Below are positions 48,707-61,223 of a stretch of DNA of 64,000 bases, one piece after another. The stretch comes from Paecilomyces variotii (Eukaryota). Position 1 is the stretch's first letter. Every line of letters starts with the position of its first letter. The position numbers and the translations under genes are program-made. The notes beneath the pieces were generated by a model that saw only the letters and a list, made by a program, of their open reading frames with translations, had not been told where the DNA came from and made no database searches. The stretch lies in the NCBI GenBank assembly GCA_004022145.1, contig RCNU01000001.1; one strand, written 5' to 3'.

Positions 48707-49684
48707 CTAAACATTCTCATAGTCAATGGTATCCCACTGCTTAGGCTGATTGATAACATCCTGTAACTGCTCCATAGCTCCCTGAAGATCATCCAGCCCC
48801 AGATGCAACGCCAACTCCAGATAATCTTTAGTCCAAAGCCCCGGGGAGCCACGCGGATACTGTGACCTAAAGCCAACAAACCTCTGCGCCCTCTTTGACA
48901 ATTTTTTCGCCGTCTCCAACGTAATAATAAACGGATGCGCCTCAGACGGCGTCAAGAAACTCGGGATAACAGTAAGCTGGATACACTTCCGCTCCATCTC
49001 GGTCTTGTTCTCGCCCATGGCATGAATCACCTTCCCACCAATAAGCAAACAATCACCCGTCTTCATCTCCGCCGGAATAGTCTGTCCCATATTGCCACGT
49101 TGGTCAAATGGCCACTTATTGCTCCCAGGAATAATCCTCGTCGCACCCTTCTCCTCCGTGAAATCCGAAAACGCAAAGAGAAAATTGATCTGCGGCTCCG
49201 TGCCTTCAGGCCCCAGCTGTGCATACGGTGGGTAAGATGTCAGATCTCGATGCAGGACCTGTCCCGGCTGAGGCCCCAAAGCATTCAACGTCGTTGCTGC
49301 AGAAAGCCAGTAATCGCCATTATGACCGCCTTCGCTGAAGGTGCGCCTGCAGATGGCGTGGATAAAGTCATTTTCCACGATGAGCTCGCGGAACGTCGGA
49401 CTGTGATTGATTATGTCGCCGGCGCGCTTGGTCTTTGTGCCATGGAAGGCAGCTAGTTCTGGATGCGGCACTCGCGAGCCCCGTTGGACGGAGTCTAGAC
49501 GGGCTTCGAGTTCGTGGGTGATTTGGTTTGCTTGTGCTTCTGTGAGCATATTCTTGAGAATTACGCCGCCGCTTTCTTTCCAGTGTTTGAAGACTTCGTC
49601 TAGTGGGGTGTTCGATGTGACTTCGGCGAGTTTGAGGCCATTGGGGACGGCAATTTGGGGGGTGTCTGTTGGGATGCGCCACAT
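48707..49684 (-). CDS. sphC: PhyH-family Fe(II)/2-oxoglutarate dioxygenase (SphC-like)
   Basis: Intronless 325 aa; LHRD (HxD), GATRIIPGS and distal H plus R (IHAMGEN...R). Confidence 0.92.
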   Translation of the reverse strand: MWRIPTDTPQIAVPNGLKLAEVTSNTPLDEVFKHWKESGGVILKNMLTEAQANQITHELEARLDSVQRGSRVPHPELAAFHGTKTKRAGDIINHSPTFRELIVENDFIHAICRRTFSEGGHNGDYWLSAATTLNALGPQPGQVLHRDLTSYPPYAQLGPEGTEPQINFLFAFSDFTEEKGATRIIPGSNKWPFDQRGNMGQTIPAEMKTGDCLLIGGKVIHAMGENKTEMERKCIQLTVIPSFLTPSEAHPFIITLETAKKLSKRAQRFVGFRSQYPRGSPGLWTKDYLELALHLGLDDLQGAMEQLQDVINQPKQWDTIDYENV

Positions 49685-50584
49685 TTTTTGAGATTAATCG
49701 GGTGTGACTCGAACGGTTGGTTGGAGAGAGCAAGAAAGAAAAGAAGACGTTTGGACGACTGAGTTGAAGTCACTGTGCTTTGCTTTATTGTGAAGTATAT
49801 GAATAAATAACATGAGCACCGTTCAGAGGTTGTAAGGTGTTATCCACCCTCTCCAGTGAATCATTACTCAATTACTCTTTTAGTCCATAGCCTCATGTTG
49901 TCAGCATCGGGTTCCGTCCCCCGTTGCCCGTACGTAGTCGGACCCGAGTCGCGTACGCGGTTTTTCGTCTTTCTCAGGTCGTACGATTCGGGAGATCTTA
50001 CATTATGCATCAAGTAAAACCGTACGGGAATTGGACTGTGATTTCGGGTTTCAAGACGATAGGTTCTGGGTCATATATGGTAGGTAGCTAGGCAGCTATG
50101 TGTCCTTGAGCCATATGGACCAGGCGCTGGATCAACCTAGTATTGGCCTCTACATATCTAGGTACAGTGGATGCTAGTAATGAGGTATTGTTAGTGGTCG
50201 ACTTGGCTCTAATACAAAAATGAAAATGGAAATGAAAATGAAAAAACAAAGTCATTCATTCCAAGATGATGTACTCCTCTTAGTGAATGAGTTTGATAAC
50301 CTTGGTATTCACTAAAAAGGTCAACTCACAGGGCTTTCTCCTTTTTTATTTTATTTTATTTTATTTTTTTTTTGGAAAAGATTCCCTTAATCATTTATCT
50401 ATGGTGATTGGTGTCTAGGGTAACGGCTCATGACATTTACTTTAGCAAGAGGTCTAAGATTTCTGGCGATGCGGTTTTCTTACTCAAGTATCGAGTTAAA
50501 AAGCAATTTGTTTTGTAGTAAGTATATGACACAAAAGGTACATCCTTTTCCCCTAAGACGACATCTAAAAAGAAGACAGACCAT

Positions 50585-53500
50585 CTAGCCCTGATTGTTC
50601 TCGGTTGCAATCCGGAACATCTCATTGGCAGCATGTTGACCGAGGATATCAAGAGATCCAATACTCATCATCTCCAACACAGGAAGATCGAATGCAAGCA
50701 CCTGCTTAATCCAAGCACGCAGCTCCAGAGCAACCAAAGAGTCAAGTCCAAGGTCGAGCAGCGGCAAGCTGGTGTTGAGATCCTCCTGGGGCTTGAGCAG
50801 CAGATCCAAGAGCTTCTTGCCGATCTCAACAGCAAAGAGCTTTGATGCCTCAGCGGACTTCAGAATCGAGGGGTCCGCCTGGGCGTTGGCCAAGAAAGAC
50901 TTGAGGACATCGGTAGAGCCAGCAGTGATGCCAACCACGGAGTTGTTGTGGTAAGAGGCCATGCGGCGGTCCTTCTTCCAGATCACGTAGTTGCTAGGGT
51001 CGTGTAGGGGAATGAGTAGAGCTAGACCAACGAGGAAGGTGTTCTTGTGGAGGAAATAGAAGTTGTTCTTGGACGAAGTAGCAAGTACCTTCTTAGCAGC
51101 TTGATCGGGCTTGTTGTGAGCCAACATGGCGATCGCCATGGCATCAATGACCTCCTGCTCCGACACAGGCTTGAAACCGCTGCGGGACATTTTGCCCATC
51201 ATACCCTGGTGCTCTGAAATCCAACCGACGTCCTCGACAGCACCCATGTCAACTACGGAAGCTGCTAGGCCCATATCGTTGCGATATTGGGCGAAAGCAT
51301 CAAGGAAACTGTTTCCACTGGCGTAGTTTGCTTGACCAGCCTGTCCGACGATTCCGGAGACAGAACTGAACATCAGGAAAAAGTCGAGGTCCAAGCCTGC
51401 GGCCACAGACGCATTGTGCAGATTCCAAGTTCCCTGGACCTTTGGTGCCACCGATGCGGTCCACTCGGAGAAACTCATCCTGGTGTAGTTCTCGTTGGCG
51501 ACGACCATGGACATCTGCACAATACCTTTCAGGGGGGATGTCGCGGCAGCAATGGCCTCATTGACGTCCTCAAGCTTTGTGACATCTCCACTGACCAGCT
51601 TGACAGAGCAGCCCATGCTCTGGAGTTCGTGGATGAAGGCATCATCCTTGTTGGTGAGGCCAGCGCTGCGGGACATGTAGATAATCTCGCGGGCGCCGTG
51701 GTCAACCATCCACGTGGAGACAGCGCGCCCAATGCCGCCAAGCCCGCCAATCATCAGGTACGACGCGCTTCCGGGGAACGACACCGCCAGCGCCCTCTTC
51801 GTGGTTGGGAAAGCAATGCCCGTCTCCTCTGCTGCTTCTTTGATCGCTACACCAACGCGACCAATGTGAAGACCCTTCTCCATGAAGCGGAACGCATCCT
51901 GGGTCTGAGCTGCAGGGAAGATCGTCGTTGGCAATGGAGAGATGTGTCCCTTGCCATAGAGGTCTAAGATGGTGAAGATGAGGGCTCTGGCGATGTGGAT
52001 TCTCTTCCACAAGCCGTCGATGTCCACACAGCAGTAGTTGCGGTTAGCCAGGAAAGGCTTCATGTCGAGCTTACTGGAGCCGATCAGATCTCGCTTTCCA
52101 ATCTCAAGCAGCGTTCCAAACTCCGCAACACAGCTCCAGGTAGCGTGCAGAAGCTCACCGGACAGGGAGTTCAGGATGAAGTCCATGCCACGGCCTCTAG
52201 TTTCCCGCATGACCCCATCAACGAAGGACTTGTCACGGGAGTTAAAAATGCGGTTTCTCGGTATGTTATAATTGTCCATCAGATACTTCACCTTCTCCTC
52301 ATTGCCAACTGTGACATACAGCTCTACCTCCAACATCTGGGCGACCTGGATAGCTGCCAGGCCAACACCACCGCAGGCACTGTGGATCATGACAGACTAG
52401 AGGAAGTGAAGTTGTCAGTCATTTCTCAATTACGAGTGGAAGTGTTATGCAACTTACTTGGCCCTTGGTGACCCGTCCAACGTTGATCATCGAGTGGATT
52501 GCAGTGAAATAAGGTATAAGCATCGTTCCAGCCTGGTTGAAGGTCAGGCTGTCGGGAATGCGAACACAGACATCAGCCAGGGTAGTGGTGTATGTCGAGA
52601 AAGCATCCTTTCGGCAGAAGCAAACGACGCGATCACCAACTTGGAGATTGTCAGGGCTGACGTCGGCTCCAACGCGCCTAACAATACCAGCGGCCTCGAT
52701 GCCGAAGAGACGGACAGGAAGCTCAACGATTCCGAGAGCGACCAGAATATCCTAAACATGTTTTGTCAGAATCATATCTTGAAGATTAAACCTTTTATTG
52801 CATTGACTTACGCGGAAGTTCAAACCGGCAGAGTATACTTCGACTTCAACTTCGTCCTTGTCAAGATCCTGTCGTGCATGACGTTGGTAGTGCAGACTGT
52901 TGACACGACCAGGAGTGCGAACATTCAGAGTAGCCATCTCGTTTGAGTCCTCTGGGACCAATAGGTTGTCTGTCAAAACAAAAGGATGGAAACGAGCAAC
53001 CTGAATGCGCTCATTGGAGATTACCCATTCAAAATCAGGATTCAGCTCCTGGTCGCCCTGTCGGGTCTGGAACTTGCCAAGTACTTGGATGAGATACTCG
53101 ACGGACTTGGGGTTCTCGAAACTGTCAACCTGGCAGGTAGCCAGGTCAGCCAGCTGCTCTGTGCGAACTGTTCTGGCGAAACCAAGAACCTGAGCATAGC
53201 GAGGATCGTGGCAGCCGATGTCAACAAGATGGGTGGCCCAGAGCATTCCGGCGTCACGCCCCTGGAGGCTAAGAAGGAAAGTCTTGAATGACAGGAATCG
53301 GTCCTCATCCATATCGTGGAAGAATGGCTTTTCGATGTCCAAGAGTGAAATAACATCCTGTCCGACGGGCGCCTCGTCGCCCAACTGGCACTTGCTCACC
53401 TCGTAACCTTGCTTCTCGAGTTCTCTCAGAACCTGGATGACAGCAGGGCCTTCTTGTTCGAAAAGAACAGTGATCTTGTTCGAGGGCTTTTCAAGAACAT

Positions 53501-56500
53501 TTCTTACGATCATGGTTGTGGTAACTTGGTGAGGCTCTTCTCCATCGGCGGTGACAGCTTGCACGTTGCCAAAGCCGGCGGCAATAAGTCTTGTTTCCCA
53601 CTCACTCTGTCTCAGGTAAGGGATGTCGGTGCGCTCGTCAGTAGCACCCCAGGTCGTGGGAAGCAAACCGAGCACATAGTTCACCCACTTGGATGACGGG
53701 CACAGCTCTTGCAGAAGGAGGCGACCTTCTGGACTCAAGAGCTTCTTGATGTTGACCAAGCTTTCCTGAACATTCTTCGTCTCATAAAGAACATTGGAAG
53801 CAACGATGAGATCGAAGCCGACTTCCTCGAATCCTTGGTCGAAAGGATCACGGCTGATGTCCAAACTAGCAAAGACCATGTTGGGGAATAGCTTTTCTTG
53901 GGATTCAGAGACGACGTATCCCGGCGCGGTTAGCGTGTAGTTGGAGCAGAGAACATCTCCATTTGCGTGGGTCAACTCAGCGATGATTTCGCCATGGAGC
54001 GAAACGCCCTTTCCTGTTCCAATTTCCAGAATACGGAGGTTGGGCTTCGAGTGGCCCAGGGCCCGGATGAACTCGCCCCGTTCGAGCTGTCCCAAGAACC
54101 CATAGACTCGGGCGAGATCACCCTCTTGCAAAACACCCTCCAAAGGTTCACCAGCGAGTAGGGCATCGATCTTATTGCAGATCTGATGGATGACATTGGC
54201 GACTGGGGCTGCAGAAGTATCAGCAAGCTGGGCCTTGATGCTTTCAATCCGGGCTGAGATGGCCTGGGTGTCAAGGCCTGTCCAGGTTGAAGGCAGCTTG
54301 GTCACTATCGATGTTGATTGAGCTCGAATCCAAGCAATATACTTTTGCAGATGGGGCAGAGTTGAATGGCTTGCGGTTTCAGTGAAATGACGCTGGGACA
54401 ACAACAAGCAGATTTCTCCGAGTTCTTCAAGCAAGCGCGATTGCTCTGAATGGTCTGATGGGATATGAATAAGATCATTCACGTCCAGGAAGTCGATGTC
54501 TGGCTTCCACTCGCATCGCGAAGCAGCGTGGTCATCATTCGAATCAGCTGAGCCGGCGCCATCAGCTAGAGACATCCGGATTCCGGTGGCTTCGACGACT
54601 TCTTTGCCCTCGGCTATGCAGCGGCTATCTCCAACGACGGAGAAGTTGCTTGAAAGCTTCGCGGCCGAACTGATTAGCATGTCCGAGGAGCATCGGTGAA
54701 TGGTCACTTTGTCGATGCTAGTCGGCAGCCAGGTCTTGGTCTTGCGAGCATAGCCGTTGACGGCAGCCGCGCCCAGAATCTGAAGTGTGCCGTCGAGCGC
54801 GGTGGGATGGATGAAATAGTTGCCCTCGTCGCCTTGTCTTCCATTGGCGATGTTTCCAAGAGCCTGCTGTTCAGAAGTTGAAGTGGCAATAGTCTCCAAG
54901 GTCTGGAAAGACTGTCCAAGATTCAATCCACCTTTAATCATCTTCTCATACCATTTTCTGACATTAATCTTTCGAGGCAGGGGCTCGGGCTCTACAGCAT
55001 CTTCAGGGGTGGAGGGCAGAGCGCAGACCTCTCCGGAGCAGTGTTTGGTCCAGTTCCGTCCGTTGTAGGCTGAGACGGAGAACTCCCACCATGAGCTATT
55101 CAAGGAGTTTGTCAGACGGTGCGGCCGGAAGTTAGTCATAATCTCCGTTGGCTTGCCTTCGCTGAGCACCAGAGCTGTGCTGACGATGATGTTGCGGATG
55201 CTGAATCCCCCATTCACATTTGTCAACTGTCTGATGGCCTCGCCTGCAAGAGCAATATAGCCACAGAATGGGTAGACGATGTTCTCCCCGACCTTGTGGT
55301 CACGAATCCATGGCACGTTCGTAACGTGGAGCAGATTCCGCCAGGCAGGCTCAGTGTCGCTGCTCTCAGCCACCCTTACACCGAGAAGGTCATGGTGAGG
55401 AGCTTTGCGGTTGCGCCATTCTTTGCTGAGGCGAGACTCATACCAGTAGCTGCCTTCATGGTTCCAGGGGTAGCGCGGAAGGTCTGGCAAACAGATACCA
55501 CTTGGGAAGAGGGCCTCGAGATCAATGTTGACGTTGAGTGAGTGGAGTCCTCCAATAGCGGACAGGAACGAGGCGGTGCAGTCCTGGTTACGCGCCATTG
55601 TAGAAATATAGGGAGCAGAAGAGCGAGCTTGAGAGAGGATTTGTCGCAATGGTCCAGCGAGAGCTCCGTGGGGTCCGACCTCAAGGAAGACAGCATTTTG
55701 GCCAACCTCGTGCTTCAGAATGGCAGTGACAGCCTCGCGGAATCGAACAGGCGACTCCAAATTGTCCTGCCAGTACTTGGGTCCGATGGTGTCCTCGGCA
55801 CCCAGGATTCTTCCACTCACACTGGAAAAGAAGAGCTTTGATGGGGTTTTTCCAACCACTTGTTCGCCAATCAAAGCTTGGTAGTCACTTCCAATCTCCT
55901 CCATGTGGTATGAGTGGTAAGCCTTGTCGACCTGGAGCTGCCTGGCGAGCATTTGAGGCTGCTTCTGCTTGATAGCAGTGATGACAGATTTGACAGCATC
56001 AACATCGCCAGAGATAGTAACGCTCTTAGGAGAGTTGTCGCAAGCGATGGAGACGTGCGGGATAAGATACTTCTCAGTCTCACTCCAACCCATTCCAACC
56101 GCAGCCATGGCTCCTGGCCTTTTCTGCTTGGTAGTCACGGCTCCACGATGGTGAGCAGCGGTAATGGCCTCCTTAGCAGTGAGAGCACCGGAGGCATAGG
56201 CGGCAGCGATCTCACCACTGGAATGACCCACGACGGCGGCCGGGACAACTCCAGCGGCTGCGAGGGTATCGACCAAAGCAATCTGGATAGCAGTGCACAT
56301 TGGCTGAGAGAATTCCGCCATGCCGATACGGCTCTTCTTAGCTGGCTTCTTGAGTTCCGCCTCAATCGAGTATTGCGGCTTTTCACCGGAAATGGTCTGC
56401 AGGTGCGCATCGAGGGCTCGGATGCTTGCCTTGAAAGTCTTGTTCGATTGCAGCAGCTCACGTCCCATCTGGGGCCATTGAGCGCCCTGGCCAGTGAAGA

Positions 56501-58286
56501 TCATCACAACGTTGGGCGCTTTCGTAGACTTGAGGTTTGCGGGCTGCGACACGCTCTCGATAGCCCCGTTGGTGACGATAGCATAGGCTCGGTGCGGCAA
56601 ATGCTCACGTCTTCTTGCCAAAGTGTAGGCCAAATCGCTTATCTTGTCTGGATTTTTCTCAATCCACTCCTTGCAGTTGTCGACCACCCTCGTTATCGAC
56701 TTGGCCGAATTAGCTGTGAAGAGCAGGAGCTGGGGTTCCTCTGGCGTTTCGTAAATTGCATCCGGAACGTTATAAGTAGCCGCAGACTCGAGAACAACAT
56801 GGGCGTTAGCACCTCCAATGCCGAAGGAGTTGACACTAACACGTTCCAGCTTGTCCTTAGGCCAAGGCATGGGCTCAGTGGGAACTGTGAGCTTGGCCTC
56901 ATCGAATGGAATGCTGGGATTTGGAGTGGTGAATTTGATATTCGGTGGAATGGTGCGATGTTCGAGTGCTTTCACCATCTTCAAAAGGGACACAAGACCG
57001 GATGCTGCTTCTGTGTGGCCGAGATTCGGTTTCACTGATCCGATATAAACACCCTTCTCTCCAAAGACGCGGGCCACAGCATTTGCCTCGATTGGGTCTC
57101 CAGTCGGGGTCCCAGTTCCGTGACATTCAACCATTGCAGTCTCGCCAAAATCAGTAATACCACCAAGCTCGTATGCTCTCCGAATCAGGGCTTCTTGTGC
57201 TTGTGTGCTGGGCTGTGATAGTGTTGGGGTCTTTCCATCCACGTTGTGGGATGTGGATCTCACGACAGCTCGAATAGGGTTACCGTCCCTAATTGCATCT
57301 GCAAGCGGCTTGATATAGACTGCGGTGACTGCTTCTCCGCGGGCGTACCCATTGGCATCAGCAGAGAATGTCTTGCAAGAGCCATCGCTTGACAAAACAC
57401 CCTGCTCTTGCATGGCCATGGACATTCCTGGTGCAAGGATCAGGTTCACACCACCGACCAAGGCTGACCCGCAGTCGCCTCGGTTGATGGCAGCACATGC
57501 CTCATTTAAAGCGACCAGGGCAGAGGAGCACGCTGTACGGATGGTCATACTGTTCGAAATGTGAGTGAATTGCTCTTTGGGCTCTGGTTGATGAACGTAC
57601 CTTGGTCCTTGTAGATCGAATTCGTAAGAAATACGGTTGGCGACAACGAAATCGCCAGAACCGGAGATACGATGAATACCCCATGGCTGACTCTCCTTTC
57701 CAAGCATCTCCAGCCAGTCTTCTCCGAAGTTACCGATATAAGTACCGATAGTCTTGCCTCTCCAATTGGTCACACCGGCGTCTTCAAATGCCTCTCGTGC
57801 GACTTCCAGCATGAGCCGTTGCTGAGGGTCAGCTCGCTCTACCTCTGTTCGCGTCATGGTGAAAAAGGACATGTCCAAGGCGCCGAGATCGACGTTCTCA
57901 TCGAGGAAGTATCCATACTCCGTCGATACAGTTCCAGGCTTCTTTGTGTTTGAATAATATGAATCTACATTGTACCGCGATTCAGGAACACGACATCGAC
58001 CGTCTTTTTTTTCAATGAGGAAGTCCCAGAGTTCTTCGGGTGTAGTCAAGCCTCCTGGGAGACGACAGGCCATACCACAGATAGCGATGGGGATTTGGCC
58101 ATTAGTATGAGTTGCAGTGCCCAAAACACCGTTCCTGCTGTTGATATCGGCAGAGACTCCGTTCGTGGACTCACCATTAACCGGCACATTGGCGACATCG
58201 TCGCTGGAATGCCCGTTGGTGAACCCATTGGTCGAAGCCACGGGCACTCTACGGCCCTCGAATGTGTTGCTGTTATCGATAGTCAT
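50585..58286 (-). CDS. sphB: Highly reducing iterative type I PKS, KS-AT-DH-(psi)MT-ER-KR-ACP, about 2509 aa (SphB-like)
   Basis: KS TACSS/ECHGTGT/NLGH; AT GHSSG/AYHS; DH HKVGENIVYP/HPTALD; ER IHSACGGVG; KR GGLGGIG/YASGN; ACP LGLDSL. Introns 57550-57600, 52752-52811, 52397-52457. Probable ATG at 58286 (MTIDNSN). Confidence 0.96.
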
Positions 58287-58692
58287 GGCGGGCCTGTTCG
58301 TGAATGTAGATCGAAAATGCAAATGGCCTGTCTCATCGCAGAGAGATCTGCACTTGACTTTAGAGTAAAACATAACAAGCCCAACAACGTGTATACGTCT
58401 TGTATGCTCTTCGGGGTCGGCTCGGCAAGCCGGGGTCGGCAAGCCACGCCGTCGCCTCGGTTTACCGATCAACAGGGCCCGCCGGGACCCGTTCAGCGCC
58501 CCGCGTTGGCAAAACGCCGTCTCTCGGGCCGGAGCGCCGGTGGGGGCCATTATTTTTAGTTGACACTCCCGATTTGGACATAAATGGGATTGAGATGGGA
58601 CTGAAACGAAGAACGTCGTATTTGTCGAATCATAAAGGGTTTTCATTACGTTCGCTCGGTCGCATCTTAGTCGAAGAATTCACTATCTCGTC
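58287..58692. promoter_or_regulatory. GC-rich bidirectional promoter between PKS and oxoamine synthase
   Basis: About 400 bp between divergent ATGs. Dense CGG triplets at 58410-58540, including CGGGACCCG at 58483 and two copies of TCGGCAAGCC. Confidence 0.7.
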
Positions 58693-60220
58693 ATGGCAGT
58701 CCCTGACAAAATCGTCTCGGAGCTGGCCTCCTGGATGAAGGACCAGAAGCTAGTGGCTCCCCAGATGAAGGACGCCACAGCATTCTACAGGAATCTTGAG
58801 GAAGCTCTGGATGTTCGACGATCCACCCAGTCCATGAACACCCGAGGACAGAATACATGGAAGGATGGGAGCGCCATCGACTTCTGCTCCAACGACCTTC
58901 TGTCCTTGGGACGCACTGGAGAATTGAGAACTGAGTTCCTCTCAGAACTTGCCAAATACCCCGACTTTGCGCTGTACTCAGGTGGATCGCGTGTGCTGGG
59001 TGGCAACTACGACTACATCGAGAAGGTGGAGCAGGAAATCGCTGACTTCCTCGGTGCAGAGACCGCTCTCATGTTCGACTCAGGATTCAATGGAAATGTT
59101 GCTATCTACACTTCTATTCCTCGTCCTGGAGACGCCATTGTGTACGATGAGCTGGTTCACTTGAGCACACACACCGGTATGGCCGCGTCGTTGGCTGCGA
59201 CTAAGGTTGCTTTCCGTCACAACGACATCGATGCCTTTCGTGAGGCAATGATTTCCGTTATGGAGTCTCAGCCCATGATCCAGGATGGTTCGCGCTCTAT
59301 TCTTGTTTCTGTCGAGTCGGTATACAGCATGGATGGCGATGTTTGCCCTCTCGTGGAGATGCTCGAGATTGCCAGGGAGATTTGCCCTAAGAAAAACTTC
59401 GCCTTCATTACGGACGAGGCTCATGCAACTGGAATTATTGGTCCCAAGGGTGTTGGTCTTGTTAAGCACCTCGGTCTTGAGAAAGAGATTGCCGTTCGCC
59501 TGAACACATCTGGAAAGGCTCTAGCCTGCACTGGATGTGAGAACCCCTTTACATAACTCCCATGTTGGGCGACATAACTGACAATTTCAAAAGCGGTGGT
59601 TCTTGGAAGCGCCACTGTCCGAAACGCAATGCTGAACTTTGCTGGCTCTGTGACAAATACCACAGCTCCCTCCTTCCCTTCTGTTGCCGTTGTTCGATCG
59701 GCTTATAACTTGCTGCGGACTGGTGCTACCCAGAAGGTATGCAATCCATATATTGAAGTGAATCTTTACATGTCATACTCACAGGTTTTTCCAGGCTCAA
59801 GACAACATCCAGCATCTGGTAAGATACTTCTTCAAGAGCGTCAGCTCCCACACTCTTTGGGACCAAGCGAACGATATGGGTCTTCTTTCCATTCCCATCA
59901 TCGAGGAATCAAAGGATCGCGATTTCGTGACGCACATCGTTCCAATCTGGACCAGACAAAAGTACAACTGGTGGCTGTTCTTCCACCTGCAACTGGCTAA
60001 GATCGCCGTTGTTCCCATCAATTATCCCCAGGTTCCCAAAGGTAAGGCTCGCCTAAGAATCATGATTCACGCTACAAACACTGAATCAGAGGTCGATTAC
60101 CTTGTTTCTATGATTTACGGCTTCGTTAAGGAGATGATGGATATCGAGGAGAGTGGGGAGAAGGGAAAGATTCCCAAGGCTGCGCAGAAGATTTACGCGT
60201 TGATGGCCGCAAATGCGTAA
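58693..60220 (+). CDS. sphA: PLP-dependent alpha-oxoamine synthase (SPT/AONS family) for polyketide release (SphA-like)
   Basis: DFCSNDLLSL, SGGSR, SGFNGN, VESVYSMDGD, DEAH and NTSGKAL (PLP Lys). Introns 59537-59593 and 59737-59794. Confidence 0.93.
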
Positions 60221-61223
60221 GGCACGGGCTATGTTGACAACGCCCTATATAAGGGGTTTTGAGGGGCAAGAAAGTATAATCACCTATAGATACTGCTAGA
60301 TTTGAAACGCGGTAAAGCGTGTTGGAGCCAAGCCCAGTTATGAAAAATGTCGTGTTTGCAGGGTCAGTGAACTATGACAAAGCGAGAGAAGTGCCCATGG
60401 ACTGGGATTTTATCTTCAGCTGTGGTACAGGGTGGGGTTAGACCCTCTCGCCCGGACTGAGAGGACCCTGTTGCCTGAGCGGTTGCGGGAACATAAATGG
60501 GAGTAACTCCTATATAGATTATCAACCCATATTCTCTAGGGGAATCGTGAAAATATGCCATCGATAATTCGGTTTCGTATATATTCAAATTATATAAAGT
60601 ATGAGGCTTTCAATATAAGATAGATAGAGACGTACCTGTGATAAAGCGAAAGGTATTAATATTTTTTTTTTCAAGCAGAATAAGCTTAATCTTATTCTAA
60701 AACTTTACTCATTCGCAAAGTTCTACGTATCTAGAAGAAAGTGTCGAATCCAAAGGCACGGAAGCAAACAGTTCTTCAACCATCTAGCTAGCAGCGATAT
60801 TAGCTAGCTACTGCTTGATGGATTCTAGGATCTGGGGGGTAATGCCCATATTTGTCTCGTAATTGCACCACGAAATTAAATCCTAGGGATCTAGTAGGTC
60901 CTATCTTATATGAAAGAACCTGATGCAAATGGCAATATGGCAGGTTGTCAACATATAGGGGCCCTTACTCAAAACACTCGATTCTAAGAAACAACTCTCT
61001 TGGCACCATGAAATGTCATTGGGACTAAGTTGTCTATGCAAAGACCCTCTTTGCCGGGCAAGCGGTCCGACCCTTCGGGTTGACGGCCCGAGCAGCGTCA
61101 GTGGCAGGGATTCTTGGACAATTGAGGATAGCTTATAACTTTGAGCTTTATTGTATTTCGATAGTACCACGCTAGAACAGAATCTCCTCAGGTTCTGAAG
61201 TCCCAAATACGCATTGATTCAAA

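Noticed and set aside
55914-57038. 374-aa antisense ORF and other antisense ORFs over the PKS
   Set aside because: Expected by-product of codon bias on the opposite strand; no recognisable motifs.
58287-58646. 120-aa N-terminal PKS extension shown in the ORF track
   Set aside because: It spans the GC-rich divergent promoter and looks non-protein-like; ATG 58286 is more plausible.
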